Assembly: GCA_000165425.1 (NCBI GenBank)
Contig: CT867998.1
Span: 124,001 to 188,000 of the forward strand
DNA from: Paramecium tetraurelia
Taxonomy: Eukaryota
Direction of reading: 5' to 3'
Length of the DNA: 64,000 nt
Shown piece after piece: positions 38,067 through 51,897 of this stretch. Under the pieces are notes generated by a model that did not search any database, was not told the DNA's origin, and saw only the letters and a list, made by a program, of their open reading frames with translations. Positions within the stretch are counted from its first letter, which is position 1. Each line of letters opens with the position of its first letter. The translations under genes were made by a program, and so were the position numbers.

Positions 38067-41000
38067 TCATTACAATAATTGATGTGTGGAAACTAATAGT
38101 CTGTTTTTAAAGCTTCGATATATTCTATTTCCTAATTCCTAATGTAGACCCAAATTTAATAGACCTATGGCATTAGGAATGCAATGCTGAATTTCCTTTA
38201 AATTATATTTAACAGTTGTGTTTTTACAATTTTTCATACTTTCAAAATATAACCAAAATCTTTTTCTCTTTTCCTAATAAAATATTGATACGTAGATTTA
38301 AGTAGGCCTCATTGTAAATACCATTCTCTTTAACAACGTGTATTAATAAGACTAATAATATCAATAAATATGTATACATACTTTGAAAGAGGAATATTAC
38401 TCATAATTGGCATTCACTTTAATTACTTAAGGACATTTCTCATCTCCTTACACATCTTAAACGATAAATTTAGAGGGATTCAATTTAAGTTATTTTTTCA
38501 ATTTGTTTAACATGTATACTGAACACTTTTAGATATCAGATTCTATGAATTCATATTGATCCACACTACAATCATTCAATTTTAAATTCTGAAGGTTCCT
38601 CCTTTCATCGTTATAATAACTATAAAGTACCTTCCTCAACATTAGTTTAAAATTCACTATTTTAGGTTGTTCAAAGAGAGTAATTCTTTAATACAATTAA
38701 AAATTCTAACTCTCATTTAATCTGATGGGTATGTATGGTTTCAACATATTAAAGGGTTTTCTAATGTTCTCAACAAATACTTCAAATAGGGCATTAACTT
38801 CATTACCCAAATAAACAACTTAAGTATATAAATTCTCTCGTAAAACCCCTTTAAATGTATCAAGATTGAGTATAAATCGATTTTATTGATTCTTAGTAAT
38901 TTTTACTCTGTCAATAAGGGATTCCCATATTTTAATTTCGAAAGTTGAAATCATATCAAGATTGTTCTTTCTTACAAGGATCTAATTAAAGAATAAATCC
39001 TTATCACTTGAATACAGATTTTCAATACTATCTTAATTTGATACTCTAGGACTATTTCTATAAAAAATACTCTTGTCAGTCTTCTATTAAAATTATGATG
39101 TAGGCAATGGCAATCTCATACTTGTTTGACCGATAGAGTTTTGCACCGAAAACTATTTGGAGAATTATTTTTTAACAAAGAGAGGAGGTTGGGTTGAGGA
39201 TCTGGCATTTTATCTACTTTGATCACTAAAGGAATCAAGCATTTTAGGAGTATCATCCAAAGGTTTATCTAAGAATTCATCCTCGTTATTAATGGAAACC
39301 TTGCTCTCAGTCAGTTTTTATAGTTCAGATTGTGGAATAGCTCTAGCCTGACTTCGCATTTCGCTATAGAAGTCTTCAAACTCATCTGGGTGATTGATGG
39401 CCATTTGATAAATTTTGTTCATTTCAGAGAATTTCCATCTATTGATATAGAATTGGTCAATAGTTTCCTTGGTCACTAAACAGGAAGGGAATATGGATTC
39501 TAAGAAGACTGGATTCATGTTTTGAAAATCATTTGATGAGATATAGCAACTGAAATTCCTACAAGTTTGTGGTATATACAATCCAATTTGAAATTTGTTG
39601 AGAGATAAATAAGATATGGTGATGATGACATACATGTTATTTACAATTTTGGTTGTTTTATATATAAATTTCTATCCTCTAAAGATGGGAGTTAACATAG
39701 TAGTATTTTTTAAGACTTTGTTAGCTTCTTCTGGCATTTATAAATTATCTATTTAGACATCCATGATTTAAACTTAAGACTTTTTTCTAAGCATAGGATC
39801 ACTAATTAAAATAGATAATTTGGGATGAGAAGATCTAGCATGTTGTTGTTCTTCTAGAATGTTGCTTCCATATGTTACTTCCGTGAATGTATTGTGAAGA
39901 TCATATTTGGATTGACTTGCAATATAAGATAATGGTATTTTGATTCCATGATAAGTGTTGGTTCTATAACATACTAAATAAGCTGTCAATATTTTAATGA
40001 TTTCACGTAACACCTTGTCTTAAAAACAATTATGTGATGTCACTTTGTTACAAATACTTTTGATGTCAGCAAAGTCCAAAACCAACTTAAATACCTTGGT
40101 TCTGCTCTCCTAAGGAGTAATTTGAAAGTAGAAGTAGGTGTGATCATTAGTTAATTGATCACAGTAAAATTCGTTAAACTAATATACTTCACATTCCACA
40201 AACACCTTACCTATATTGCTTACTCTACTTTGAGCATTAAAGGTTTTGCGATGAAAGTAGGTTTTCATGAAATACCTTAAACGACTTGAAGATATCAGAG
40301 TCAATTTCAACTGTTACTTGAAATAATAAAAAAGGATTGTTTATTTTAATAATCTATGATTTTCATTATTTATGAATTGCAAAGGATCAATTATGTACAT
40401 CAATAAAAACTAATCTAAACCACTAAACTTATCCCTATTCCGATCCTCCAAACTAACAAACTATCTATTGAATTACAAAGCTCTCCCTATTAATTTCCTT
40501 TGCAATTTGGCTTGTGATTTAATTTAATACCCTATCAATTATGGTTTGATGAATATATGAAGCATCTTCTCAATATCTTAAATTGATTGAATCGTACGAA
40601 AATAATATAAATGTTGATTAGGATTGTATAGTGTGATCTTCACCAAAAGTTTCTAATTTCTTATCAATTCATGCATGTTCTTTTTGAGAACAAGTAAATC
40701 TTACTTTGCTTATTAATCACTCAAATACAAGAGTTTGGTGTCTAGAATTTTGACTTCTCGAAAGCACGTCTCAACTTTAAAATTTAGATTCTCCTCAAAA
40801 TAATAGAATTTATTGTTGTTTATATGGAACTTAGATCTATAAGTAAGAAAGGATTTGCTATCAATTGCTTCTTCATTGGATTGATTGACCCCAGTTTCAA
40901 TAGTCAATTGAATGCCCTCTTCAGTTTCAGTCCTATTCAAATCCGGCATTAATATTAGGGAAGTTCTTTTTTCAGAATAATTAAGACATTTGATTTCTGT

Positions 41001-44000
41001 TGGAGGCATAACTTGATTGGTTCGTAAGTATTAATGGATTTCATTGTGTATGAATTCATCATAATGATTAACTCTTTTGATATACCTATCTAAAATAATT
41101 TCAGTATGTCTGTAATTATATTATTTAAGTTCCTGAGCTAAGGTCAATCTCTATGAACTACTTTTTTTCTCTTTCAATAATTCCAAGATTTACAACTTCT
41201 TTTGACGATTAGGCAATCTGATACCAGGATCTATTTAAATCAATTATTTAATTATATTCCCGTCTTGATTATCAATTACCAAATATGTTGAACCATCTTC
41301 ATAAAGGATATAACCAGTTTTAATAGAATTATCTTACCTTAATGTTACATTGAGCATTATAAATTAATCGGGATATTCTGGGAGGAATTATTCGGGTTCT
41401 GGTTGAATGATTTGACCTCTAGGGGGAAAGTAGGTAGATTTATAGTTAAACTAATTTTTAAATGAAATGATTGGGCCTTCCTGTGGTTGGTATTCTGCGA
41501 AGTCAGCCAGATTGGCAAATTAGAATTCAGGTAGATAATCATTAAGAAATTATATATCTGATTGTGATCTATCTCTGCTATACTCATCGAGACTTTATTT
41601 TGAGATGGGAGGTTCGAAATTAAATTCTTCTTTTTTTATTTCATCTGGTTTTTGTTTCTTTGAAAACTCCAAAAAGTGGCTAACATGTGTTTTCCTTTGT
41701 ACAGCATTGCGAATCAAAGCTTATGAGGAGATAATAGAATCAAATCTAGGACTAGCCATTGTGTTTCTATTATGAATTACAGAATATTATTTCTTAGGGT
41801 TCCTCTGAGGGATCTCTTAGATAAAATCTTTCTCTGAAATATTTTCAATGGATTTAAAATTATTAGAAAATTGTTTTTATTCAGTTGGGGATTAAGATGT
41901 GACACCTCCTTTTGAAAGGTCAGATTTATTATCATCTGAGTCTTAAATTATAATGCTTTGCTCTCGAGATTATTTAATCTCATCTGAGAAGAGTTGTTGT
42001 TTTCTGTTTCTGGATGATGATGAAATAGTTGGCAATTCTTCTGTTTTATGTTCTATGATTTTGATGGGTTCTATTTTGAATTGTCTTTATATCATTCTTC
42101 TTTTGTTCTCCTTTTCAATCTACTTGTTTTTATAATAGGATCTAATGTCAATAATATCGTGTTGTAATTGATGTTATATTACATCCTTCATTGATATTAT
42201 TTTGAAACCAACAACTGATCTGATCAAATAGTAATGATTTTTTAAGGCATATAACAGTTTACTCACTATTTCATGGGCATATTCAGCACCAGAAAATATG
42301 ATGGCATGATATTTGTTGGACTGATGCAGTGTTTATTATTTACAATAAATACTTAATAAACCATTAAAGTTTTGTAGTCTATCTTTGGAAAACCACCTTT
42401 AGTATTCATCCAAATAACTAGCAAAGTTGTTTATTTTGAAATTGAGTGTGTATTATTATTTATCATTTGACAATCTAAAATAAACAATTAATTGTAATGC
42501 TTTAATTGATTAAACATCTGCAAATATATTCATAATGTATTGTAACTAATTTTCTAATTGAAGTTTACTACAGATATATACATATTTCACTAGCAGATAT
42601 GTCATGTTGTATTTCTTCTTCTTCCTCCGTATCCGGATTTTGAGAGTTGGCATCACTAAAGGCTCTGACCCAAATATTGGAGAGTTTCCAAATCTTAATT
42701 TCAGAATCAAAGAACAACTTAGATAAGAAGTACAATTCCGATTCTGGTTAATTGTAGAACTCTTTAATAATTGAGACCAACTAGGATAATCAATTTATAT
42801 AACATTACCGTCTTCGCTTTATTTGAACTGGATTAGTCGGAATCAGTATTTTTGATTTCCTTAACAATGGAATCAAATCCAAAGTTTCTTCTCCTAACTG
42901 AATTCTTCATTTCTTTAATTGAAACTTTCATTTGATTCCTCCCTGTCTATTAGCTATCAATCTTCTCACTAATTTATGTTGCATTAATGGGTCTAGGAAG
43001 ATTGATAGGTGTTAATTCAATAGTTTATATCGATTATACCTTCTTTATCCCTTTAGAATATCTCCTATAACAAGACTAAATGATGGTGGCTGCCAAATTC
43101 AACTAATCCATTGTGTACTTATTGAGTAAGTCTGCAAAATGATTGTCATTCTTTTCAGAAACTTCAGTTAGCACATTCTAAATTACAGGCATCTACTAGA
43201 TTTGCTATTGCTATTATTAGGCCAAAATGGATTCAGTAGTGGGAACATGCAAATCATCCATTTGCTATTATTAGTTTAAATCTTAAATGGTTTGCAACTT
43301 ATGTATTTTTTATTCACTTTATTGAGAGTCAGATTTAATGTGGATTAGTTGACTACTCTATTTATTTAAAACACGAGGGATCAATCTATTTGATAAAAAT
43401 TTCTTTTTGCTAATATTTTTAATTTGTTAAGCAGATTCAGTTTCTTTGTTATCATTCTTCTTCTTTCTTTGTACCACATATTCTGATTTGATCTACGGTC
43501 TAGACAACAATAAATCATCAACTGTATCCTTCTTCAATTCTGTTGTTTATAATTGTTATCTATGAAAAATCGATATGAGATACTTTAACTAATCCATATG
43601 GTTCTCCAATTAATAGAGACTACTTCTTTGAGATTAGGTAGCATTGGACAATCTAGGAGAGAACAATCTATCTTAAGGTAGAAGAGATTGATTGTAAGTG
43701 GAGACAGCTCTAGATGAAGACTTCTTATTTTTGATTTGGTATTATTTCTATTTATTGTTGGAGTCATCAAATTTCTATTGAAATGATATGGTTCTCAATT
43801 TATCCTCGTATTCTATTCTGACTTTCTTCACATATTCTGGCATCTAGTACTTGGTTGTATGTTAAGTTAATTGTCCTACTATTTGCTGATACGATTTAAC
43901 TTATTGAATGATATGATGCTAAATGAAATATCTGATATAAGAATACATTAAAATTTTTGTTTGGTTTCAGTGTAACCACTTTTTTGAGCAGTTCTTATCC

Positions 44001-44866
44001 AACGTCCTTTTGTAAATCTTCCTTGAATTATTGAAAATCCACCTTCTCTTTTCCCATAATCATTTCAAATTCCATTTTCTAACTCAATTTCTCATATTTA
44101 TCCCTTGCTTTGATCGTAGCAGGTGCATCCATCCCATAGATTAACTCTGATATTTACCAGGATTTATAGAGATTACGAAGTGCTTCCTTCTCAAATCCAA
44201 CCTTGAATTACGATTTACCAATATAATAAAAAGCCTTTGCCAACATCAAAAACCATTTTTTGAATTCTTAATGAAATTCGTCCTTGGTTAGATTTCGTAA
44301 AGAGTCAAAAGTGATACCTAAACGCTATAAGATTTCGACGTATTTATTGCATTAGTCCAACATATCATCCTTTCTATGCATCATTCTACAGACTTCGCAT
44401 CCATGAAACAGTAACTAGACATACAATTTTAAAACATTTTAATCATCCTCGCTAATATTTACTCTTTTCGTATAAGCAAACTTTTCCATAAAAGGCACTA
44501 CTTCCTTGATATTCATCCAGGCTTTTTGATATTGATTTTGTTACTCATACAATTGGACAATCTGCAATATTGCATTGCCTCTTGCAAGAACAAAATTGGC
44601 TGTATAAAATATTCCACTAGTGATTGAAATCGGTGTTGTAATCTAAATGTCATTATATTATTATCTACTTCCTTTGCTCGATTGAAGAACATTTCTGCTT
44701 AAGGATTGTTACCAGATTTTAATAGAGATCTTCCATCTCTTATCAACGTATTTGCAAAATCAACTGCTGCATTAACGACAACAGGGGATTCCCATCCATT
44801 CTAGGAAAGTGTCTGTAAGTATTATCTCTCAAGCCTTTACAAATTCAAGAGCTGTCCAGATTACAT
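38067..44866 (-). CDS. Giant (~2200 aa) uncharacterised protein with N-terminal TPR-like helices and an IQ motif
   Basis: MQSGQLLNLQRLERQYLQ...AEMFFNRAKE; IQ-like LAATIIQSCYRRYSKG near 43050-43095. Long open frames with few introns. Ends VSTHQLLQ*. Could be more than one gene. Confidence 0.7.
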
Positions 44867-46621
44867 ATTAAATTATTATTAAAGAAGCTTATAAATTTTA
44901 GTTACTAATGTTTTAATGTTTATTTCTAGGTTATTTTCTATAAATATTAATATTATACAATTAATTTATAGAATATTCTGAAGGGTGAATATATAATCCG
45001 TGAATTCTATTTTTATATTTACCAAGATTAAATATCTATTGAGTGATAAATTATACTTGAATCTCATTGAAATATATGATTATAAATGTCCTATTATGTT
45101 ATTAGATGTATACTTGGATGAGATAAATGTAGTAATAAAAAGGACGATTTAATAAGATATATTTGACTATTTTATTTAAAGTCCAAAATCATAGTTAATA
45201 TATATAGTCAACGTTATAAGCATCATAACATTTTTCAATCATAAGATTATATTGATTATCGCAAATCAATTAACGACAAACCTTAGTGTTATCCAATAGA
45301 ATATGAAATCTTGTACTGCTCTTGACCAAAAAATATCATTACTGAATCAAATTAATTTTTATGAGAAATGTTTACTTTACTTAATTTATACACATAATAT
45401 TATTTTCGATATATATAACTCATATTTTAAGACAGGATTCAAGAAATGGTCTATTTGTTACTGAATGAAAATACTTTTAGGAATTCTTAAAAACAAATAA
45501 AATGATCATACGATAATAGCTAAGTGTAACTGTTACCTATATTGAATAGTTATAAGTAATGATTCAATTTGGTATTGCAATTTGAATGTATTTATATTTT
45601 CAAATATTTTATAAAAATACTATCTAATAAAGTCACTTCTTTAACACATCTATAGAATTTATTGGAGGGATAGAATACAGACGAATAAGTTCAATATCCT
45701 TGACATAAATTTATAGCTGCAATTAAATCACTTCTAATTATTGTAATTTAATACTCCAGACATACTGCAATATAATCCTGTTTTTTTCAAATATTTTGGA
45801 CTAAATAATATTAATTTTTTATATTAGCTCATTAATTATTTTCCTAAAATATAGAATTTAAAATGATCCAAGAGATTTCATGTTTTGATAACATACAACT
45901 CTTTTCTTGAATAAGTTATCTAATTTTTATACTAGGAACAATAATAATCTCTTTTACTAGAACAATCTGCTTTATATTTCTATATCTTTTGATTATACTT
46001 ACTTATCTCCTTAATTTGATAATATATAAACTTGAGTATTAAACAGATTAGAGATCAACCAGCCTTGTAAATAAGGTCAAGTTTGAAGGATACATTTTAA
46101 GTTTAAGTATATTTTAATTATTCTTAATGATTTAAATTAAATTAAGTTAACTTAACAAATAATTAGAAAAATGATTATTACCTTATAAGTTATTGTAAAT
46201 GCCATCCTTATAATGAAGATAAGCATAAAAGTTAATCATTAATCATTTTAATTTTTTTCAAGATAATTAAGATATTTTAGGATTTGAGGAATCCTTAAAT
46301 TGAATGATCTAGTATTGTAATTTAGGAGATGATATTATGGTATTAGATTGCTTAATGTTAATGTTGTTGGATTTTGTATTTATCTCTGGAATTTGATGAT
46401 AATAATAATAATTTAATATGAACCCATAATTCAAGGAATCAAATTGTGATAGCTTGTTAATGAAGTTAGTTTGTGTAATTGTAAGCAGATCCTATCCTCG
46501 GATTATTTAGAAATAGTGAATAATTCGGAAAAAGGTCCTTGCGAGATTGAGCTCATCTTCCAACTTACCCCCTTGAAGGAATACAATAATTTAAGGGAAT
46601 TTAGTGAGATGACATTAATTT

Positions 46622-47270
46622 TCATATTATTTTTATCAATTCATAGATTTACCCTTCATATTAAATTATGCATAGGGTGTTATTGCTTGGGGAAGTGTAC
46701 TTCTAGAGAACAGGACATTTGATTTTGAGAAATATCTGTCTAAATACTAAGATGACCATGTCTTCTATGTAGATGACTCCGACGCATAAGAACTTGTCAT
46801 CAAATCGTTTTTTGATGATTTCTGACAAATTTTCAGAAATGCCCAAACCTGGACAATAATTGTTTTATACATTGAATCTCCTAACCCGAAACTTGAGCTG
46901 CTAATCCCTGCATGATTCTCAAAACCATATAGCATTTATCTTTCATGGTGACAGCTCCAATAAAAAAATTTTGGCATTGCCTTAATTACATGAAAGCATA
47001 CTATAATTATTTGTGAATTTCTAAATACATCATATTTCTATTGCCCACAATTTCGATTACTCTTAGATTGATGTTTTTTTCATGATGTTTTCTGAGTACA
47101 AGACATTTTTGATTTAGCAAAGTAATTTACAAGATCTCACTATTTTTAATTTTGCCAACATCCCTAATGTCCTCAAGTTCATCCACAATCAATTCATCTG
47201 TGTATTAGGTTTACAGAGGTTGAGTATTTAATTCTTCATATTCTTTTTCTCTGAAGAGACATCCTCCCAT
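46622..47270 (-). CDS. Small protein with dual-acylation-type N-terminus (MGGC); exon structure unresolved
   Basis: MGGCLFREKEYEELNTQPLQTQYTDELIVDELEDIRDVGK... Confidence 0.6.
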
Positions 47271-47385
47271 TTATATTTTAATAAAGTTATGTTTAATTTG
47301 TTAATTAAATTTATGGCTTCAAATTACGCACTTCTGACTGAATCTATGGATTATTTTGTGTATTCGTTTGACATTAATTAATTAT

Positions 47386-47816
47386 ATGAAAATTCTGGAC
47401 GACATCAAGCAGCAAGTTGAGAAGGAAATGCTGAAATTCGATCCACGATTGGCTGAGAAGAAGTATTTGAAAATTACTCAATCAATAAAGGATTTGTTTT
47501 TGAAGGCTGTTGTGAAAGAGAAGTAAACTATTAAAGCAGTAACAATTCTTATGATCTCTAGGCTGCGCATTCCATTGGAATCAATTACTCTTCCGCCAAA
47601 GCTATCTGGGCTGAATTCAGAAGTAAGAATCAGAAGAAGAAGAAGAAAAACAAGGAAGATTCAGATTAGAAGAATGGAAACCAATTAGTTAAGCGTTGTT
47701 CCTATAAAATTTTGAACGGATGCAATAAAATAAAAAAATTCTTCATGGAAATCAAATCATCTGTCTCATAGAACTTAAGCTCAACTCATTTAATCAATTT
47801 GGAATCACATATATGA
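47386..47816 (+). CDS. Small helix-turn-helix (homeodomain-like) putative DNA-binding protein (135 aa)
   Basis: KKYLKITQSIKDLFLKAVVKEKQTIKA|AAHSIGINYSSAKAIWAEFR followed by a poly-Lys NLS-like stretch. A 23-nt intron gives a 408-nt CDS. Confidence 0.7.
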
Positions 47817-48017
47817 ATTTAAATTATTTTATCTTTTTTTATGCTACATTTAATAGTACATTATATTATTTATCAATTATACAACACCAAATCAATTTAA
47901 TTGAAATAATTAATCATGTTAGAGATCTCACTTTACGTATCACAATAATAGATGTATTTTTCATTAAAATTTATACTAATTGTTTGGAATTAAACTTGTA
48001 TTAAAATGAAATAATAC

Positions 48018-49085
48018 ATGAATAATATGTCTTCTTTACATCAAGATAAAAGGAAGGACGAAAGAGATAATGATGATAGTTATTATTGTTGCTTCTACAA
48101 AAAAAGAATATAGGTTCAATAATTGTCAAAGAATTCAAATTCAATGAACTACTCCATCCTAAATAAAAATATTATTAATTTGGAGTCTTTACAGGAAGTC
48201 TAATTTCTACTAGAAACTTATCCAGAAAGACAAGCACTTTTGAATAGTCTAAGGTACAAAGTCATTAATTTGGACAAATATCCCTTAATACTTGTATACA
48301 AAAAAGAATAATCACAACCAGACATTCAGTTTGGAGAAGATGAAGTAACACTCATATTGTCATATCCAGAATATGAAGTAGAATATACGCCACTCATTAT
48401 TCATTCAAAAATAATGGAAAATATTGATTATAAAAAGGAAATCGACTAAAGCGAAATATATTTCAGCGGTATTTTTCAACATCTCAATACCAACATCTGT
48501 GATAATGTAATTGTGATTCCATTCAGTCCATCCTTGAATATCATCGATCCAGTTTTCAATGAACTCAAACTAGAATGTCGATAAGCACTATTCAACCTAC
48601 TAATTCCATTTCTTCCTATTTTAGATAAAGTCACCATCATTCTTCCCAATGTTGTACCATTGAATAGTATAATGTCAATTGTTGAACCTCTGATAAGTTT
48701 GAGAATTAAAATGATGTCACATCCAAATTATACAACACTCATAGTCAATTGTGTTTAAGAGAACAGTCGCTTTGAAGATTTCAAACAATACAGAATTACT
48801 TTTGATCTTAAATATTATCACAAACAAGTTAACCAATTTGTGAGATAGAAATTAAGTACAGATCACAATATAGATAATTTGCCTGTTCAATTCTTGGCTC
48901 AACTACTGTGGACCAACTAACCTTTGCTAAGCTAACAGTTCTTAGAACAAACTCAATCTTTTTCGTTAAGAAAATCAGACCCCATCTAATAAACTTCCCC
49001 TGTTACTCCAATTTATAATTATGAGAGCAATTACAAATTTGAATTAGAAGGGTCATCTCTCAAAAAAGATAAAGATTCATATTGA
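48018..49085 (+). CDS. Uncharacterised intronless protein (355 aa)
   Basis: MNNMSSLHQDKRKDERDNDDSYYCCFYKKR...SSLKKDKDSY*, a 1068-nt open frame in code 6. Confidence 0.8.
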
Positions 49086-49101
49086 ATTTAATTAACTTTA
49101 T

Positions 49102-50430
49102 ATGTCTTTAATAACTGATCCATTCTCTAGAACCCAAATCTCAAATCCTAATGAATGATTCAAATTTATGTTGAATTCTGAACACACAACTTCAAAAAGC
49201 TTAGAAACTATCTACACTGCAATACATAATGAAATATAAAAAATAATTTGCCAAATTGAATTAAGGACATTATTTAGAGTTTATGATCAGCACATGTAAG
49301 TAATTAAAAAACAATATAGGAGATGAAGATCTTGAAAATAATTAACACATCATCTAATGACATTTGATCTCATTGTTCATTTGTAAAGTTATATATAGAA
49401 CTAATATATCCCTAAAATATCATACAATTCTAACTAGACTAAAGTAATCTAATATATTGGAGAATCAATATATCTCCCATAACCATCTTGATTGTAAAAG
49501 TAATATTAATAGAAGGTTCCCTAGATGAAAGTAATATCGAAATAAAGACTGATAATTTCAAATAGAGGGTCATGAAATAAATAGTAAACTACTGAAACCT
49601 ATTATGTTTATAACAATAAAAATAAAATTTAAAAAGCAGATTAAAAATGGATGTAATTTCTGAGACATAATTGATTCAACAACGTAGAAAATTTACTATG
49701 GATAATAGAGTTATTTTTTAGAGAGTTTCTTTGCAATAAATACCGTATACCAAATTAAAAATGAAATTAAATTATGAATAATATTAATGAATTAACTACT
49801 TATAGAAGCAGAAGCCATTACTCTCCATCATAATTATCATCCAGTTCTGGGTTTCTGAATTAACAATATGATGAATTTGTAAATAAGATTTATGGCAAAA
49901 CAAGACAAATAAAAATACATCATCTTATTCCTAAACAGACCAATAAAGCGTTTGAAATAACTACTCCATAGTATGAAGATGCAATATACAAAAAAATGGA
50001 TGATTACATAAAAAATGAAAAGATTAGTCAGAGAGAAACAAGGATTCAAGAAAGAATTATTGAGAAAGAAGTCATTTAACAATATAAGGCAAAATAACAT
50101 ACTTTTAAATTATTGATCCCTGATTAAAGTTATATCAAGATACTGCAGTCCTGTTAAAATTATATGCCCAAATTTAAGTTTTCCAGATTCAACAGTCCTA
50201 ACAACCAAGCGAATAACGAAAAGTTGTTACACAAAGTTAGTGAATTACTACAATAGAGAAAATCAAGACATGACATTTATAAAAAACAGTTAGAATATGA
50301 AAGAAAGAGAAGTAAGAAGATTCTAAGATAAAATTTCAGTACAGAAAAAACTCAAAGAGTTCCAAGTCCGTTGAGATTAAAAAATATTGAATAAATTATT
50401 CAGAAGTGCAAAGAATAAAGTGATGGATGT
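49102..50430 (+). pseudogene. Probable decayed coiled-coil gene
   Basis: E/K/Q-rich coding-like patches and intron-like segments, with early TGAs in the frames I tried. Confidence 0.3.
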
Positions 50431-50515
50431 AGTTCAGAAATAAAGGAGATTAATAAAAATAAATAATAATTAAATAAAAATTATTAATTAATAAAAGACT
50501 AATATAATGATATAT

Positions 50516-51897
50516 TCAATTAATGATGAATCTTTTTAATCTTAAATCCTACTCTAAATCCACTGTCACTTAAACATTATTATTTTAAGGGAATTCTTTG
50601 AACTAAGGACTTATGATATTAGGAGTTTGCACATAAATATCTAAAATTTATTAAGTCATTGATATCAGAATGCAAATAAAACTTAGAAATTACTCCTTTT
50701 GAAATTGAACTTACATTTTCCATGGTTAATATTTATCAATTAAAGTATTAATGAGTACAAAAATCTTTTATAGTTCTAAATAACCTTCAATGAATAAATT
50801 TTTATCTAATAATGCCTTAGTATTTTTGTGCAATTCCAGGAATGTTTATTTAGATTATAATAATTGATCATCCAATAAATGTTATTATAATAGCAGTAGA
50901 TTTGGTGATATTATCTTTGGTCTGAATAGTCTAAATAAGATGTTATTAAATTGGTCAATGTACGTATTCCAACACTTCTCTAGTTTTTGTTCTTCGAATG
51001 AGACATCCATATTTTAAGGCCCTTAAGTAAGGAAGTATAATCTAATTTGATTTTAGTTGTATGTCTTTAGTAATTAGAATGGATCAATAACATTTCCAAG
51101 TGACTTAGACATTTTCATCTGAATTATTATGGTAAATTTACATTATTTCTTATCCAATGGTTATGGACAATCAATTCAGTTGTAGATTGGTTATTGATTC
51201 CTTTTAAGAAGCTCGGCCAATATAAGGCATGAAATCTGACTATATCTTTGCCTATCACATGCATATAGTGATGTTACTCTTCTTGTAAGTAGCCTAACAA
51301 AGCATCTAACCATACATAAATCAATTAGTTAGCATCATTGGGAACCTCAATTCCCCAATAATATCTCTGTTTCGGTCTGCTGATACAAATACTATTAATA
51401 ATCAATTGCTTTAGTTCATTTTGATATCGTGATGGTGCTTTAGTAATGCATGTTTCAAGATAATCTTTGTCAAATTTGAAAAAATAATTCTCTTCTTCCA
51501 AATATTGATCGGTTTTATGATTTACAAAAGATTCTTCAACTTAACAATAATATCCTTTATAAGTATCCTTTAGAATGAAGCCATTATTTTAGAGCAGATT
51601 CCAATTCTTCTAAACTTTCATGATATGTTGAGGATCAGTGGTTCTAACGAAATGATCGTATTTAATAAATGAATTAGCTAATTGTTGGAATTGATTGGAA
51701 ATGGAATCACAATATTATTGGATTGGTTGATTCTTGGCACTTCTGTAGACTTTCAATCCATGCTCATCAGTTCCTGTCAGCAATTTTACTGATTTATACT
51801 TAGCGATGGCATCTGCATAAATCATTGAATAGAGATGACCTATGTGCGGTTAGGCATTCACATAAAACAAAGGTGTAGTTATTATTTATTTTATCAT
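50516..51897 (-). CDS. MARS2: Methionyl-tRNA synthetase, minimal mitochondrial/bacterial type (452 aa)
   Basis: [16 protein letters not shown] (HIGH), [17 protein letters not shown]...[35 protein letters not shown] and NTLIDKYQPWK. One 23-nt intron. Confidence 0.95.
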
